This document shows positions 18,618 through 27,040 of a DNA stretch of 27,040 nt, in pieces (the first letter of the stretch is position 1; every line of letters starts with the position of its first letter). This DNA is from Chthoniobacterales bacterium (GTDB lineage: Bacteria; Verrucomicrobiota; Verrucomicrobiia; Chthoniobacterales; UBA10450), in assembly GCA_040004805.1 (NCBI GenBank), contig JBDUAE010000001.1, positions 1-27,040 of the forward strand. Reading direction: 5' to 3'. Position numbers and translations under genes: made by a program. Below the pieces are notes generated by a model that was not told the origin of the DNA, ran no database searches, and saw only the letters and a list, made by a program, of their open reading frames with translations.

Positions 18618-20150
18618 TCATTGAAAGGTGCTCTTGAACTCGTCCAAAGCGCCGGCCAGTTGACCTTCGAGATCTTTATCCAACGCCTTCTTTTCCAGGA
18701 TCGTATTCAAGATGCTTTCCTTTCGTGTGCGCAGGTATTCCTGAAGTTTGAGCTGGAATTCCTTCACCTTCTCCACCGGCACGGAATCGAGATAGCCGTT
18801 CTGCATTGCCCAAAGCACCGCGACTTGTTCCTCCACCGGAATCGGGTTGTACTGAGTCTGTTTGAAGAGTTCAACAATGCGCGCGCCGCGATCCAGTCGT
18901 GCCTTGGTGCCCGCGTCGAGATCGGAACCGAATTGCGCGAAGGCCGCGAGCTCGCGGAACTGAGCGAGGTCGAGCTTAATTTTGCCGGCAACCTGTTTGA
19001 TCGCCTTAATCTGGGCCGCGGAACCGACACGGCTAACCGAGAGACCCACCGAGATCGCAGGGCGCACGCCTTGGTAAAACAGGTCCGTTTCGAGGTAGAT
19101 TTGCCCGTCCGTGATCGAAATCACGTTCGTCGGAATGTAAGCTGAAACGTCGCCGGCTTGAGTTTCGATAATCGGCAGTGCGGTTAACGACCCGCCACCC
19201 GCTTCTTCGGTCACGCGCGCGCTCCGTTCGAGCAAACGCGAGTGGAGATAGAAAACATCGCCCGGATAAGCCTCACGACCCGAGGGCCGCTTCAGAACCA
19301 GCGACACCTGCCGATACGCTACCGCATGCTTCGAGAGATCATCGTAGACGATGAGCGCATCCATTCCGTTATCCATGAACCACTCGCCAATCGCCGCCCC
19401 GGCAAACGGCGCGAGATACTGGTTCGCCGCCGTATCGGAAGCTGGCGCGGAAACAATCGTCGTATACGGCATCGCCCCGTTTGCTTCCAGCACCGAGAGG
19501 GCCCGCGCGACGTTCGAATTTTTCTGCCCGATCGCGACATAGATGCAATAGAGCGGACGAAAATCCTTCAGCTTGCCTTCTTCGCCGGCTTTGTTGAGCT
19601 TCGCCTGGCTGATAATGGTGTCGATCGCAACCGTCGACTTACCCGTCGCGCGATCACCGATGATCAGTTCGCGCTGTCCGCGCCCGATTGGAATCATGGC
19701 GTCGATCGCCATGATGCCTGTCTGCACCGGCTGGTTGACGCTCTTCCGTTTGATCACGCCCGGCGCGATTTTTTCCAACGGATACGACGCCTCCGCTTTG
19801 ATCGGGCCTTTGCCGTCGAGCGGTTCGCCGATCGTGTTCACGACGCGGCCGAGGAGCGCTTTGCCGACGGGCACTTGGAGGAGTTTGCCGGTAGTTTTGA
19901 CCTCGTCGCCTTCCATCACCTTCGTGGTGTCGCCCAGAATAATCGCGCCGACTTCTGTTTCCTCAAGGTTCAGAGCGAGACCGAAAACGCCGCTGGAGAA
20001 TTCGATCATCTCGTTCAACATCACGTCGCTCAGCCCTTCAATGCGGGCTACGCCGTCGCCGGTCTCGCGAACGACGCCGACGTTACTCTTGCTCGTCGAG
20101 GTCTTAAGGCCTGCGATCTGCGTTTCGATGTCTTCAAGGATGGTGCTCAT
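18618..20150 (-). CDS. atpA: F1 ATP synthase alpha subunit (ATG at 20150)
   Basis: [36 protein letters not shown]-like [31 protein letters not shown]. Confidence 0.99.
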   Translation of the reverse strand: MSTILEDIETQIAGLKTSTSKSNVGVVRETGDGVARIEGLSDVMLNEMIEFSSGVFGLALNLEETEVGAIILGDTTKVMEGDEVKTTGKLLQVPVGKALLGRVVNTIGEPLDGKGPIKAEASYPLEKIAPGVIKRKSVNQPVQTGIMAIDAMIPIGRGQRELIIGDRATGKSTVAIDTIISQAKLNKAGEEGKLKDFRPLYCIYVAIGQKNSNVARALSVLEANGAMPYTTIVSAPASDTAANQYLAPFAGAAIGEWFMDNGMDALIVYDDLSKHAVAYRQVSLVLKRPSGREAYPGDVFYLHSRLLERSARVTEEAGGGSLTALPIIETQAGDVSAYIPTNVISITDGQIYLETDLFYQGVRPAISVGLSVSRVGSAAQIKAIKQVAGKIKLDLAQFRELAAFAQFGSDLDAGTKARLDRGARIVELFKQTQYNPIPVEEQVAVLWAMQNGYLDSVPVEKVKEFQLKLQEYLRTRKESILNTILEKKALDKDLEGQLAGALDEFKSTFQ

Positions 20151-20161
20151 AAAAATGCTTT

Positions 20162-20554
20162 CTAAAGTTGCTGTTGCAGACGCTGGAGCCGATTCCGCAC
20201 GCTGCTGTCCCAAACGTCACTGCCAATGCGGATCCGCATTCCGCCAAGCAGCTCCGGGTTCACCAAAAAATCCATCGCTAGATCCGCGCCGTATTTGCGC
20301 TTCAAGTTTTGCGTTAGCAGGCTCTCCGCGTCCGACGTCATTTCAGTCGCGCTCTCGATCGTGGCACTGCGCTTATCTACTTCGAGGCGCAAAAGACGGC
20401 GATAGGCGTCTAGAATTTTGAGGTAATTCCGCGGCTTCTGCTCGATCAACGTTTTCACCAGTTGGTTCACCCGGCCGCGGTCGAGGTGACCATCCGCAAA
20501 GCTGGAGCGCAAAAGCTGCCGGGAAACCTGTCGGGCTTCTTTGTTGATCTTCAT
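20162..20554 (-). CDS. atpH: F1 ATP synthase delta subunit, short form (130 aa)
   Basis: [27 protein letters not shown]; lies between atpF and atpA. Confidence 0.92.
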   Translation of the reverse strand: MKINKEARQVSRQLLRSSFADGHLDRGRVNQLVKTLIEQKPRNYLKILDAYRRLLRLEVDKRSATIESATEMTSDAESLLTQNLKRKYGADLAMDFLVNPELLGGMRIRIGSDVWDSSVRNRLQRLQQQL

Positions 20555-20560
20555 CGGGAA

Positions 20561-21103
20561 CTAGGAGGCGAGTTGACGCGTCGCCTCTTCCTGGAGCCGC
20601 CGCTGATCGTCGCTGTTAAGTATCTTCCCGGTGACTTTCGCGGTCGTATCCACCACGAGCCGGCCGAGTTCGCGCTTCAGCTCCGTCATCGTCTTCTCAT
20701 GCTCGATCGCACTCGCTTCGCGGGCTTTCGCTACGATTTGTTCGGCTTCCGCGATCGCTTCCTGCTGCTTCCGCTCCGCCACGTGGCCGGCGCTTTCGCG
20801 CGCTTCGTCGATCATTTTCTGCGCCTGCGTGTTGGCCTTCGCCAAAATCTCCGCATAACGCTGCTCCGCTTCAGCCAGCTGGGTCTTAATTTTATCCGCG
20901 TTCAGCAAGCCTTCCGCGATGCGTTGCCGACGCTCTTCCAGCACCTTCAGAATCGGTTGATAGGCAAAGCGACGCAGCAGCAGGGCCACGATGATAAAAC
21001 TCACCACCTGCGAGAGGAAAATCTTCAGGTCGAAACCGAAGGTTTCCCCCGTCGAGCGAGCGATATCCACCAACCCACCGGCTTGAGCGAGAAAAGGGTT
21101 CAT
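20561..21103 (-). CDS. atpF: F0 ATP synthase subunit b
   Basis: SQVVSFIIVALLLRRFAYQPILKVLEERR followed by a long coiled coil. ATG at 21103 is preferred. Confidence 0.95.
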   Translation of the reverse strand: MNPFLAQAGGLVDIARSTGETFGFDLKIFLSQVVSFIIVALLLRRFAYQPILKVLEERRQRIAEGLLNADKIKTQLAEAEQRYAEILAKANTQAQKMIDEARESAGHVAERKQQEAIAEAEQIVAKAREASAIEHEKTMTELKRELGRLVVDTTAKVTGKILNSDDQRRLQEEATRQLAS

Positions 21104-21136
21104 GTTCGAAATGAGCAAGAGCGCACTCCGGCCGAC

Positions 21137-21349
21137 TTACTTGACCAGGAAGAGCGCGTAAAACACGATCGCTTCCGCGAACGCGATCGCGAGAATCGCC
21201 TGAACCAGAATCGGAGTAGCGGCACCAGGATTGCGACCGACCGCGGAGGCGGCGCCCATGCCGATCAAACCGACGCCAATAGCGGCGCCAAGAGCTGCGA
21301 GACCGACGTGAATGCTGCCGGTCATTTCTGCGAGGAGTGGTAGTATCAT
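21137..21349 (-). CDS. atpE: F0 ATP synthase subunit c
   Basis: GAAIGVGLIG helix, GRNPG loop, carboxylate in AFAEAIVFY. No E-S/T signature, so H+ rather than Na+ coupling is inferred. Confidence 0.95.
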   Translation of the reverse strand: MILPLLAEMTGSIHVGLAALGAAIGVGLIGMGAASAVGRNPGAATPILVQAILAIAFAEAIVFYALFLVK

Positions 21350-21415
21350 ATTATTTCTGTTGGTTGTTTCATCGAGCGATCTCCGCGGGAACCACGGTCC
21401 GATCGCCGAAATTTT

Positions 21416-22357
21416 TTAGTGGTGAGCGCCCTCTGGCGAATCGTGCTGAGTAATCAGGAGGGTAAACACCGCGGTGAGGAGCATAAAGACGAGCGCTTGC
21501 ACCACGCCCACCAGCAACTCCATGAAGTAAAAAGGAATCGGAATCAGCCACGACAGCGCCGGAACGATATGACTCATCGCTTCCAGCATAATTTCGCCTG
21601 CGTAAACGTTCCCGAACAACCGGAAGCTAAGCGAGACCGGGCGGAACAAAATCGAAACCACCTCGAGCCAACCCACGATGAAGAAAATCACAACCATCAG
21701 GACCTTGAGGACGCCGGACGTCTTTCCCTTTGGACCAAAAAGATGCACGATGACTCCGCCGACGCCGTTGGCCTGAATCGCCCAGATGATCCAGCAAATG
21801 AAGAAGACGCAGGCCATCGCGAAGGTGAGATTGAGGTCTGCATTCGCGCCGCGCAGGAGTGGACGGTCCACATGAAACGCCCCATTCGCGGTATAGTGTC
21901 CCCAGCCCACCGTGCCGACTCCGGGAACCAACCCGAACCAGTTCAGAAACAAGATGAAGATGAAAATCGTAGCGAAGAACCAGAACGTCTTCTTCACCAA
22001 CTCCGAGCCAATCATACTCTCCAGAAAGTTATAGAGGCTCTCCACCATCCATTCCCAGAAGTTCTGCAACCCTGTCGGCACTTGCTTGATCTTGCGGGTC
22101 GCGAGTTGCGCAAAAAGAATGATCAGCGCGGCCACGCTCCACATCACCACCATCGAGTTTGTGATCGCGAACTTGCCGAGATGAAATAGCGGTGTCGCCT
22201 TCAGCGGCAAGGTGTGCTCCTCTTCCGCAGCGTGACCTTTCTCGACCACGGATTCGGCCGCGCCCGCAGTCTCGGTTTTCTGCGCAACGAGTGGCCCGGA
22301 GAAGCCCGCCACGAAAGCGAAAACAAGGGTCAGAGTTAACAGAAAACGGTGAGGCAT
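21416..22357 (-). CDS. atpB: F0 ATP synthase subunit a with an N-terminal extension
   Basis: PTGLQNFWE, LFLNWFGLVPG, RPVSLSFRLFGNVYAGE (essential Arg), ELLVGVVQALVFMLLT. Confidence 0.96.
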   Translation of the reverse strand: MPHRFLLTLTLVFAFVAGFSGPLVAQKTETAGAAESVVEKGHAAEEEHTLPLKATPLFHLGKFAITNSMVVMWSVAALIILFAQLATRKIKQVPTGLQNFWEWMVESLYNFLESMIGSELVKKTFWFFATIFIFILFLNWFGLVPGVGTVGWGHYTANGAFHVDRPLLRGANADLNLTFAMACVFFICWIIWAIQANGVGGVIVHLFGPKGKTSGVLKVLMVVIFFIVGWLEVVSILFRPVSLSFRLFGNVYAGEIMLEAMSHIVPALSWLIPIPFYFMELLVGVVQALVFMLLTAVFTLLITQHDSPEGAHH

Positions 22358-22460
22358 GCAGCTGGAGATTGGCGAGCGGCCCGATGCACTTCGTCGGTGC
22401 CATAGCCGTGATGGCTACGCAGTTAACGCAAGGGGCGTCGCGCGCTTACCAAAGCCTGTT

Positions 22461-22475
22461 TTGTCAGATTGACAA
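22461..22475. promoter_or_regulatory. Perfect palindrome TTGTCA-N3-TGACAA upstream of the atp operon; candidate transcription-factor site
   Basis: ttgtcagattgacaa in the obg-atpB gap, about 105 nt before the atpB start. Confidence 0.3.
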
Positions 22476-22526
22476 GAGACTTTCGGACCTTTTTTCGCCC
22501 GAAATTCTCGCGCCCGCAGCGTCGAC

Positions 22527-23699
22527 TCAAGGTGCTGTCGTTTCCGCGGAAACTTCCGCCGGCGCGGGCTCGTTCGTGTCGGCTAACCAGCCCCGCAATT
22601 TGTCCTTAATCGCCTCGATCCCCTCACCCATTTCTGCGGAAATCGGAATGACATCAATATTCGAAAAACGCTCTCGCACGATCGCGAGGTTTTCCCCGCT
22701 GTCGGGTAAGTCCATCTTATTGGCCAGAATGCACCACGGCCGCTGCGATAATCTCGCATCGTAAAGATCGATCTCCCGCCGCAGGCTGCCCAGATCTTCC
22801 ACCGGGTGCCGGCCTTCACTTCCCGCGATGTCGACAACAAAAAATAGACAACGACAGCGCGTAATGTGCCGCAGGAAATCATGCCCGAGCCCGACATTCC
22901 GGTGCGCGCCTTCGATCAATCCCGGGATGTCCGCGATGGTCGCGCGTCGATAGTCATCCAACTCCACCACGCCCACGCTGGGACGCAAAGTCGTGAACGG
23001 ATACGCCGCCACCTTCGGGTGCGCGGCCGAGATTTTCCCCAGCAAAGTCGATTTGCCGGCATTCGGATAACCGACCAGGGCCGCATCCGCGATCGTGCGC
23101 AATTCCAAGAGAAAATGCCCGTGCTCGCCTTCGATTCCCTCGGTGTACTGGACCGGCGCGCGATTCTTCGCGCTCTTGAAATGGACGTTTCCCTTGCCGC
23201 CCTTCCCTCCCTCGCAGAGCACGAAGCGCTGACCGTCTTCATCCAAATCCGCGACCTGTTGCGCCAACGGATCGATCTCCGGCGTCGGACCAGCCGCGAA
23301 CTCGGACGCGCCGTCGGTCGAAAGCTTGCTTTCGAAATCGGGCTCGCTCGGCTGCTCCTCGACCTCCACTTCATCCCCTTCCTCGCGGCGCGGAATCGGT
23401 GCCGCCGCCCGATAGACGATGGTGCCGATCGGGACCTTCACCACTTTCGAAGCCGCGCCGCGCCCATGCATTTTCTTGCCCAAGCCGTGCTCGCCAGGTT
23501 TTGCCTTAATGATGGGCTCGTAGAACAGATTCGCCAGATTATCGGTGTGCACGTCCGCCTGAAGAATCACATCGCCGCCGCGGCCACCATCCCCGCCATC
23601 CGGCCCCCCTCGTGGGACAAATTTCTCGCGCCGAAAACTAACGCAACCGCGTCCGCCGTTCCCGGCCTGTGCATAAACTTTGATTCGATCGACAAACAT
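22527..23699 (-). CDS. obg: Obg/CgtA GTPase
   Basis: SFRREKFVPRGGPDGGDGG, G1 GYPNAGKST, G2 YPFTT, G3 DIPG, G4 NKMD, G5 ISA. Confidence 0.97.
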   Translation of the reverse strand: MFVDRIKVYAQAGNGGRGCVSFRREKFVPRGGPDGGDGGRGGDVILQADVHTDNLANLFYEPIIKAKPGEHGLGKKMHGRGAASKVVKVPIGTIVYRAAAPIPRREEGDEVEVEEQPSEPDFESKLSTDGASEFAAGPTPEIDPLAQQVADLDEDGQRFVLCEGGKGGKGNVHFKSAKNRAPVQYTEGIEGEHGHFLLELRTIADAALVGYPNAGKSTLLGKISAAHPKVAAYPFTTLRPSVGVVELDDYRRATIADIPGLIEGAHRNVGLGHDFLRHITRCRCLFFVVDIAGSEGRHPVEDLGSLRREIDLYDARLSQRPWCILANKMDLPDSGENLAIVRERFSNIDVIPISAEMGEGIEAIKDKLRGWLADTNEPAPAEVSAETTAP

Positions 23700-23747
23700 T
23701 TGGAAACCCGCTCGTTAGTCGCAAAGGTGCCATGATTCGGCCTCCTG

Positions 23748-24962
23748 TCACTTCCCCGCGGGTGTGAGCAGACTGGCGTAGAGCGCTTTTGTCTCCCGCG
23801 CGATCGCGCTCCAACTGAATTTTTCTTCCGCGCGTTTTCGGCCGGCCCGACCGAACCGTTCGCGCAGCGCGGGATCAGCGATCAGGCGGTTGACGCGATC
23901 CGCGAAGTCCCGCGCGAAACGCTCCGGGTCTTTTGCTTCAAAAGGGCTCTCCGCCATTTGTTCCAGCGGCACCAAAAAACCGGTCTCGCCGTCGACTACG
24001 ACCTCTTTAATTCCGCCAACCGCGCTCGCCACCACAGCCGTTTCGCAAGCCATCGCTTCCAGGTTAATGATGCCGAAAGGTTCGTAGATGGACGGACAAC
24101 AGAACACCGCCGCGTGCGAGTAAAGTTCGTAGACGCTCTTTTTGTCCACCATCTCACGAATCCAGATCACGCCCTCGCGGGTCTCGCTCGCCTTGGCTAC
24201 AGCTTCCTCCATTTCCCGCCCGATCTCAGGCGTGTCGGGAGCGCCTGCGCAAAGCACCACCTGACAACTCGGATCCATATACTCGATCGCGCGGACTAAA
24301 TGGATGATCCCTTTTTGCCGCGTGATCCGACCGACGAACAAGACGAAGGGCCGCGTCAGGTCAATCCCGAAACGTGCCAGTGCCGCAGTCGTCTCCACCT
24401 TGTGATATTCGTCGAGATCGATGCCGTTATAGATCACGTGCAAACGCTTCTCCTCGATCTGAAAAAGACGCGCGATGTCCGCCCGTGTTTCGCGCGAGAC
24501 TGCGATCACCGCGTCCGCCATTTCCAGCGCCGTCTTCTCCAGCCAGACCGTGAAATCATAACCGCCGCCGAGTTGCTCCCGCTTCCACGGCCGCAGCGGC
24601 TCAAGCGAGTGCACTGTGATCACGAGCGGAATCCCGTAGTTTAATTTCGCCAGGATCCCTCCCCAATGACTGTACCAAGTGTGGCAATGCACCAGATCTG
24701 CGTCGATCCCCGCCGTGTTAAAATCCGTGCAACGCCCCACCGCTCCGAAGACCGATCGCAACGGTGGCGGGCAATCGAACCCGGATTGATCGACTTCGAA
24801 ACCACGCACGCGCAAATTGCCGTCGACGCTCTCTTGCTCGCCAAAGCAACGCACTTCCACCGGCATTGTTTTCGCCAATTCACGCGAAAGATAATCCACG
24901 TGCACGCCTGCGCCGCCGTAAACATGTGGCGGGTACTCATTCGTGAGGAGAAGCGCTTTCAC
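23748..24962 (-). CDS. glgA: GT4 glycosyltransferase, actinobacterial-type GlgA/GlgM (alpha-maltose-1-phosphate synthase-like)
   Basis: LLTNEYPPHVYGGAGVHV, HCHTWY, HSLEPLRPWKREQLGGGY, FVGRITRQKG, CPSIYEPFGIINLEAMAC. GTG start at 24962. Confidence 0.88.
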   Translation of the reverse strand: MKALLLTNEYPPHVYGGAGVHVDYLSRELAKTMPVEVRCFGEQESVDGNLRVRGFEVDQSGFDCPPPLRSVFGAVGRCTDFNTAGIDADLVHCHTWYSHWGGILAKLNYGIPLVITVHSLEPLRPWKREQLGGGYDFTVWLEKTALEMADAVIAVSRETRADIARLFQIEEKRLHVIYNGIDLDEYHKVETTAALARFGIDLTRPFVLFVGRITRQKGIIHLVRAIEYMDPSCQVVLCAGAPDTPEIGREMEEAVAKASETREGVIWIREMVDKKSVYELYSHAAVFCCPSIYEPFGIINLEAMACETAVVASAVGGIKEVVVDGETGFLVPLEQMAESPFEAKDPERFARDFADRVNRLIADPALRERFGRAGRKRAEEKFSWSAIARETKALYASLLTPAGK

Positions 24963-25054
24963 CGCAGGCGTTGTAATCCCGTGGTTGTTGGATCGCAAGG
25001 AGAGGCTGGCGAAGGCTTCGTCTCAACCGAGCCGCGTTTGCGCGTCGCGTTCGG

Positions 25055-25480
25055 CTACGCCTTAACCTTCAAGAGCAGCACAGGAATGTTCACCTGGTGA
25101 CGAACTTTATCCGCGGTACTCCCGTACAAAATATCGCCAACAAGACGATGGCCATGCGTCGTCATCGCGATGAGTTCTACACCGGACTCTACCGCGAGCT
25201 TGATGATCTCGGTCGCCGGGTCGCCCATGGCTAAAACCGAACTCGCCTCGAATCCTTCCGCCGTCAGCTCCTCCTGTACGCTCTGGAGATATTTTCGATC
25301 CTGCTGCATCTCTTCGCTCTCCTGCAGCCCGAGCTGATTAAAATTCCGCGCCGCCCAACCGTCCGCCACGTGCACCAAAATCAACTTCGCCTTCGTCATC
25401 TGGGCCAGCGGCCGGATGTGCTCGAGAATGGTCCGGTCGGTCTCGCGATTTTCCACCGGGATGAGGATTGTCTTGTACAT
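25055..25480 (-). CDS. Universal stress protein (UspA family)
   Basis: MYKTILIPV, LILVHV, GDPATEII, THGHRLVGDILYGSTADKV, IPVLLL. Confidence 0.92.
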   Translation of the reverse strand: MYKTILIPVENRETDRTILEHIRPLAQMTKAKLILVHVADGWAARNFNQLGLQESEEMQQDRKYLQSVQEELTAEGFEASSVLAMGDPATEIIKLAVESGVELIAMTTHGHRLVGDILYGSTADKVRHQVNIPVLLLKVKA

Positions 25481-25483
25481 CGG

Positions 25484-26881
25484 TTAAGGCGTGGGCGAGG
25501 GCAATCCGAGGAAGCCGTAGAACGCTTTCAGCATGGGGCCGGGCAGGAAGGTGTCGAAGAGTAATTTTACATTTAGCGCGATGATGAGGACGGCTGTAGT
25601 CCAGCCGAGAATTCTGATCCAGATCGGGTTGACGAATTCCCCCATCTTGGCTTTTTCGTCGGTGAAACGCATGAGCGGCCAGACGGCAAAGCCGAGCTGC
25701 ATGCTGAGCACGACCTGGCTGGCAATGAGTAACTCTGTCGTCTTGCCTTCGCCAAAAAGGCCGATCACGAGTACGGCGGGAACGATCGCGATGCCGCGAG
25801 TGATGAGCCGGCGCAGCCACGGCCGGAGGCGGATGTTGATGAAACCTTCCATCACGATCTGGCCAGCGAGCGTGCCGGTAAGGGTGGAGTTTTGCCCGGA
25901 AGCGAGGAGCGCGACGGCGAAGAGAATGCTGGCGATGCCCACGCCGAGCATCGGGCTGAGCAGCTTGTAGGCATCCTGGATTTGGGCTACGTCCTCGTGC
26001 CCCGACCAGTGAAAGACCGCGGCGGCGACGATCAGAATGGCGGCGTTAACGAAAAGCGCGAGGGTGAGCGCGACGGTGGAATCGATCGTGGCGAACTTGA
26101 TCGCCTCGCGCTTTCCGGCGGATGTTTGCTCGAACTTGCGCGTCTGCACGATGGAGGAATGCAGATACAAATTATGCGGCATGACGGTCGCGCCGATGAT
26201 GCCGATCGCGACATAAAGCATCCCCTGATTGGTCACGATCTGCGTGCTCGGCACGAAACCGAGGAGCACGCCAGTGAGACTCGGCTGGGAAAAGAAGAGT
26301 TCCGCCGCGAAACAGGCGCCGATCGTGGCGATGAGCGTGATCACGACCGCTTCGATGTAGCGAAAGCCTTTGTTTTGCAGGAACAGGACCAAAAGCACGT
26401 CGAACGCAGTAATGACGCAGCCCCAGACCAGCGGGATGCCGAAGAGCAGTTGGAGAGCGATGGCTGAGCCTACGACCTCCGCCAGATCGCAGGCCGCGAT
26501 CGCGATTTCGCAAAGAACCCAGAGAAACCAAACCGTGGGCGTAGAGTAATGATCGCGGCAGGCCTGCGCCAAGTCGCGACCGGTGCCAACACCGAGCTTG
26601 ATGCACAAGTGCTGGAGCAGAATCGCCATCAGATTCGAAATCAGAACGACCGTGAGCAGCGTGTAGCCATATTGCGCGCCGCCCGCGAGATCGGTCGCCC
26701 AGTTGCCTGGGTCCATATAGCCGACCGCCACGAGAAATCCGGGGCCAGAAAAAACAAGCAGCTTCCGCCAGAAGGAGGCGTTCGCCGGCACTGCGATACT
26801 CCGATGCACCTCCGGCAGCGAGTACTCCCCGGCTTGACGGCGCCATCCGCTCGCGGATTTCAGTTTAGGAGCTTCATCCAT
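25484..26881 (-). CDS. mntH: Nramp-family divalent metal (Mn2+/Fe2+) transporter
   Basis: [44 protein letters not shown] at 26881 is preferred. Confidence 0.96.
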   Translation of the reverse strand: MDEAPKLKSASGWRRQAGEYSLPEVHRSIAVPANASFWRKLLVFSGPGFLVAVGYMDPGNWATDLAGGAQYGYTLLTVVLISNLMAILLQHLCIKLGVGTGRDLAQACRDHYSTPTVWFLWVLCEIAIAACDLAEVVGSAIALQLLFGIPLVWGCVITAFDVLLVLFLQNKGFRYIEAVVITLIATIGACFAAELFFSQPSLTGVLLGFVPSTQIVTNQGMLYVAIGIIGATVMPHNLYLHSSIVQTRKFEQTSAGKREAIKFATIDSTVALTLALFVNAAILIVAAAVFHWSGHEDVAQIQDAYKLLSPMLGVGIASILFAVALLASGQNSTLTGTLAGQIVMEGFINIRLRPWLRRLITRGIAIVPAVLVIGLFGEGKTTELLIASQVVLSMQLGFAVWPLMRFTDEKAKMGEFVNPIWIRILGWTTAVLIIALNVKLLFDTFLPGPMLKAFYGFLGLPSPTP

Positions 26882-26921
26882 AACAAAAACCGCAGGGCTT
26901 CGCACTCACTGCGAGAAGGAG

Positions 26922-26951
26922 AAAGTAGCCGATAATCAGATCACGCATCAA
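26922..26951 (-). promoter_or_regulatory. Putative sigma70 promoter of mntH
   Basis: Minus strand TTGATG (26951-26946), an 18-nt spacer, then TACTTT (26927-26922), about 40 nt upstream of the ATG. Confidence 0.45.
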
Positions 26952-26969
26952 GTTAGGCCTGACTAACTT
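26950..26969. promoter_or_regulatory. Putative metalloregulator (DtxR/MntR-like) operator
   Basis: AAGTTAG-GCCTGA-CTAACTT, 16/20 positions palindromic, overlapping the predicted mntH -35 element. Confidence 0.55.
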
Positions 26970-27040
26970 CTTTATTTTATCCAATTTGTCTATCCACAGA
27001 CAAACTTATTTTCTTTTGACTACAATTTTTCACCTTTTAT

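Overview
A high-GC bacterial chromosomal segment, mostly housekeeping genes. A Verrucomicrobiota (Chthoniobacterales/Spartobacteria-like) origin is an inference from the short ATP synthase delta subunit, the GRNP loop of subunit c and the SD-poor starts. Left to right: (1) a partial YdeI/OmpD-family gene missing from the ORF track, a cupin and a GNAT; (2) an NYN-LOTUS protein; (3) menA plus two unknown membrane proteins; (4) a REP-like inverted repeat and a signal-peptide-bearing PD-(D/E)XK (EcoRV-like) protein with no methyltransferase nearby; (5) ribBA-ribH-nusB; (6) a second degenerate REP copy that supplies the fahA stop codon; (7) a tightly packed gdh / mutarotase-like / unknown / fahA operon; (8) a transsulfuration PLP enzyme; (9) a long minus-strand run of mntH, USP, glgA(GlgM-type), obg, atpBEFHAGDC, lpxI, tRNA-Ala(GGC) and murJ. 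No CRISPR array, rRNA, transposase, integrase or phage gene is visible. The best leads are the exported orphan restriction-like nuclease, the fahA-linked unknown enzyme, the REP-like repeats and a palindromic operator overlapping the mntH -35 element. All family assignments come from motif recognition by eye; no database search was run.
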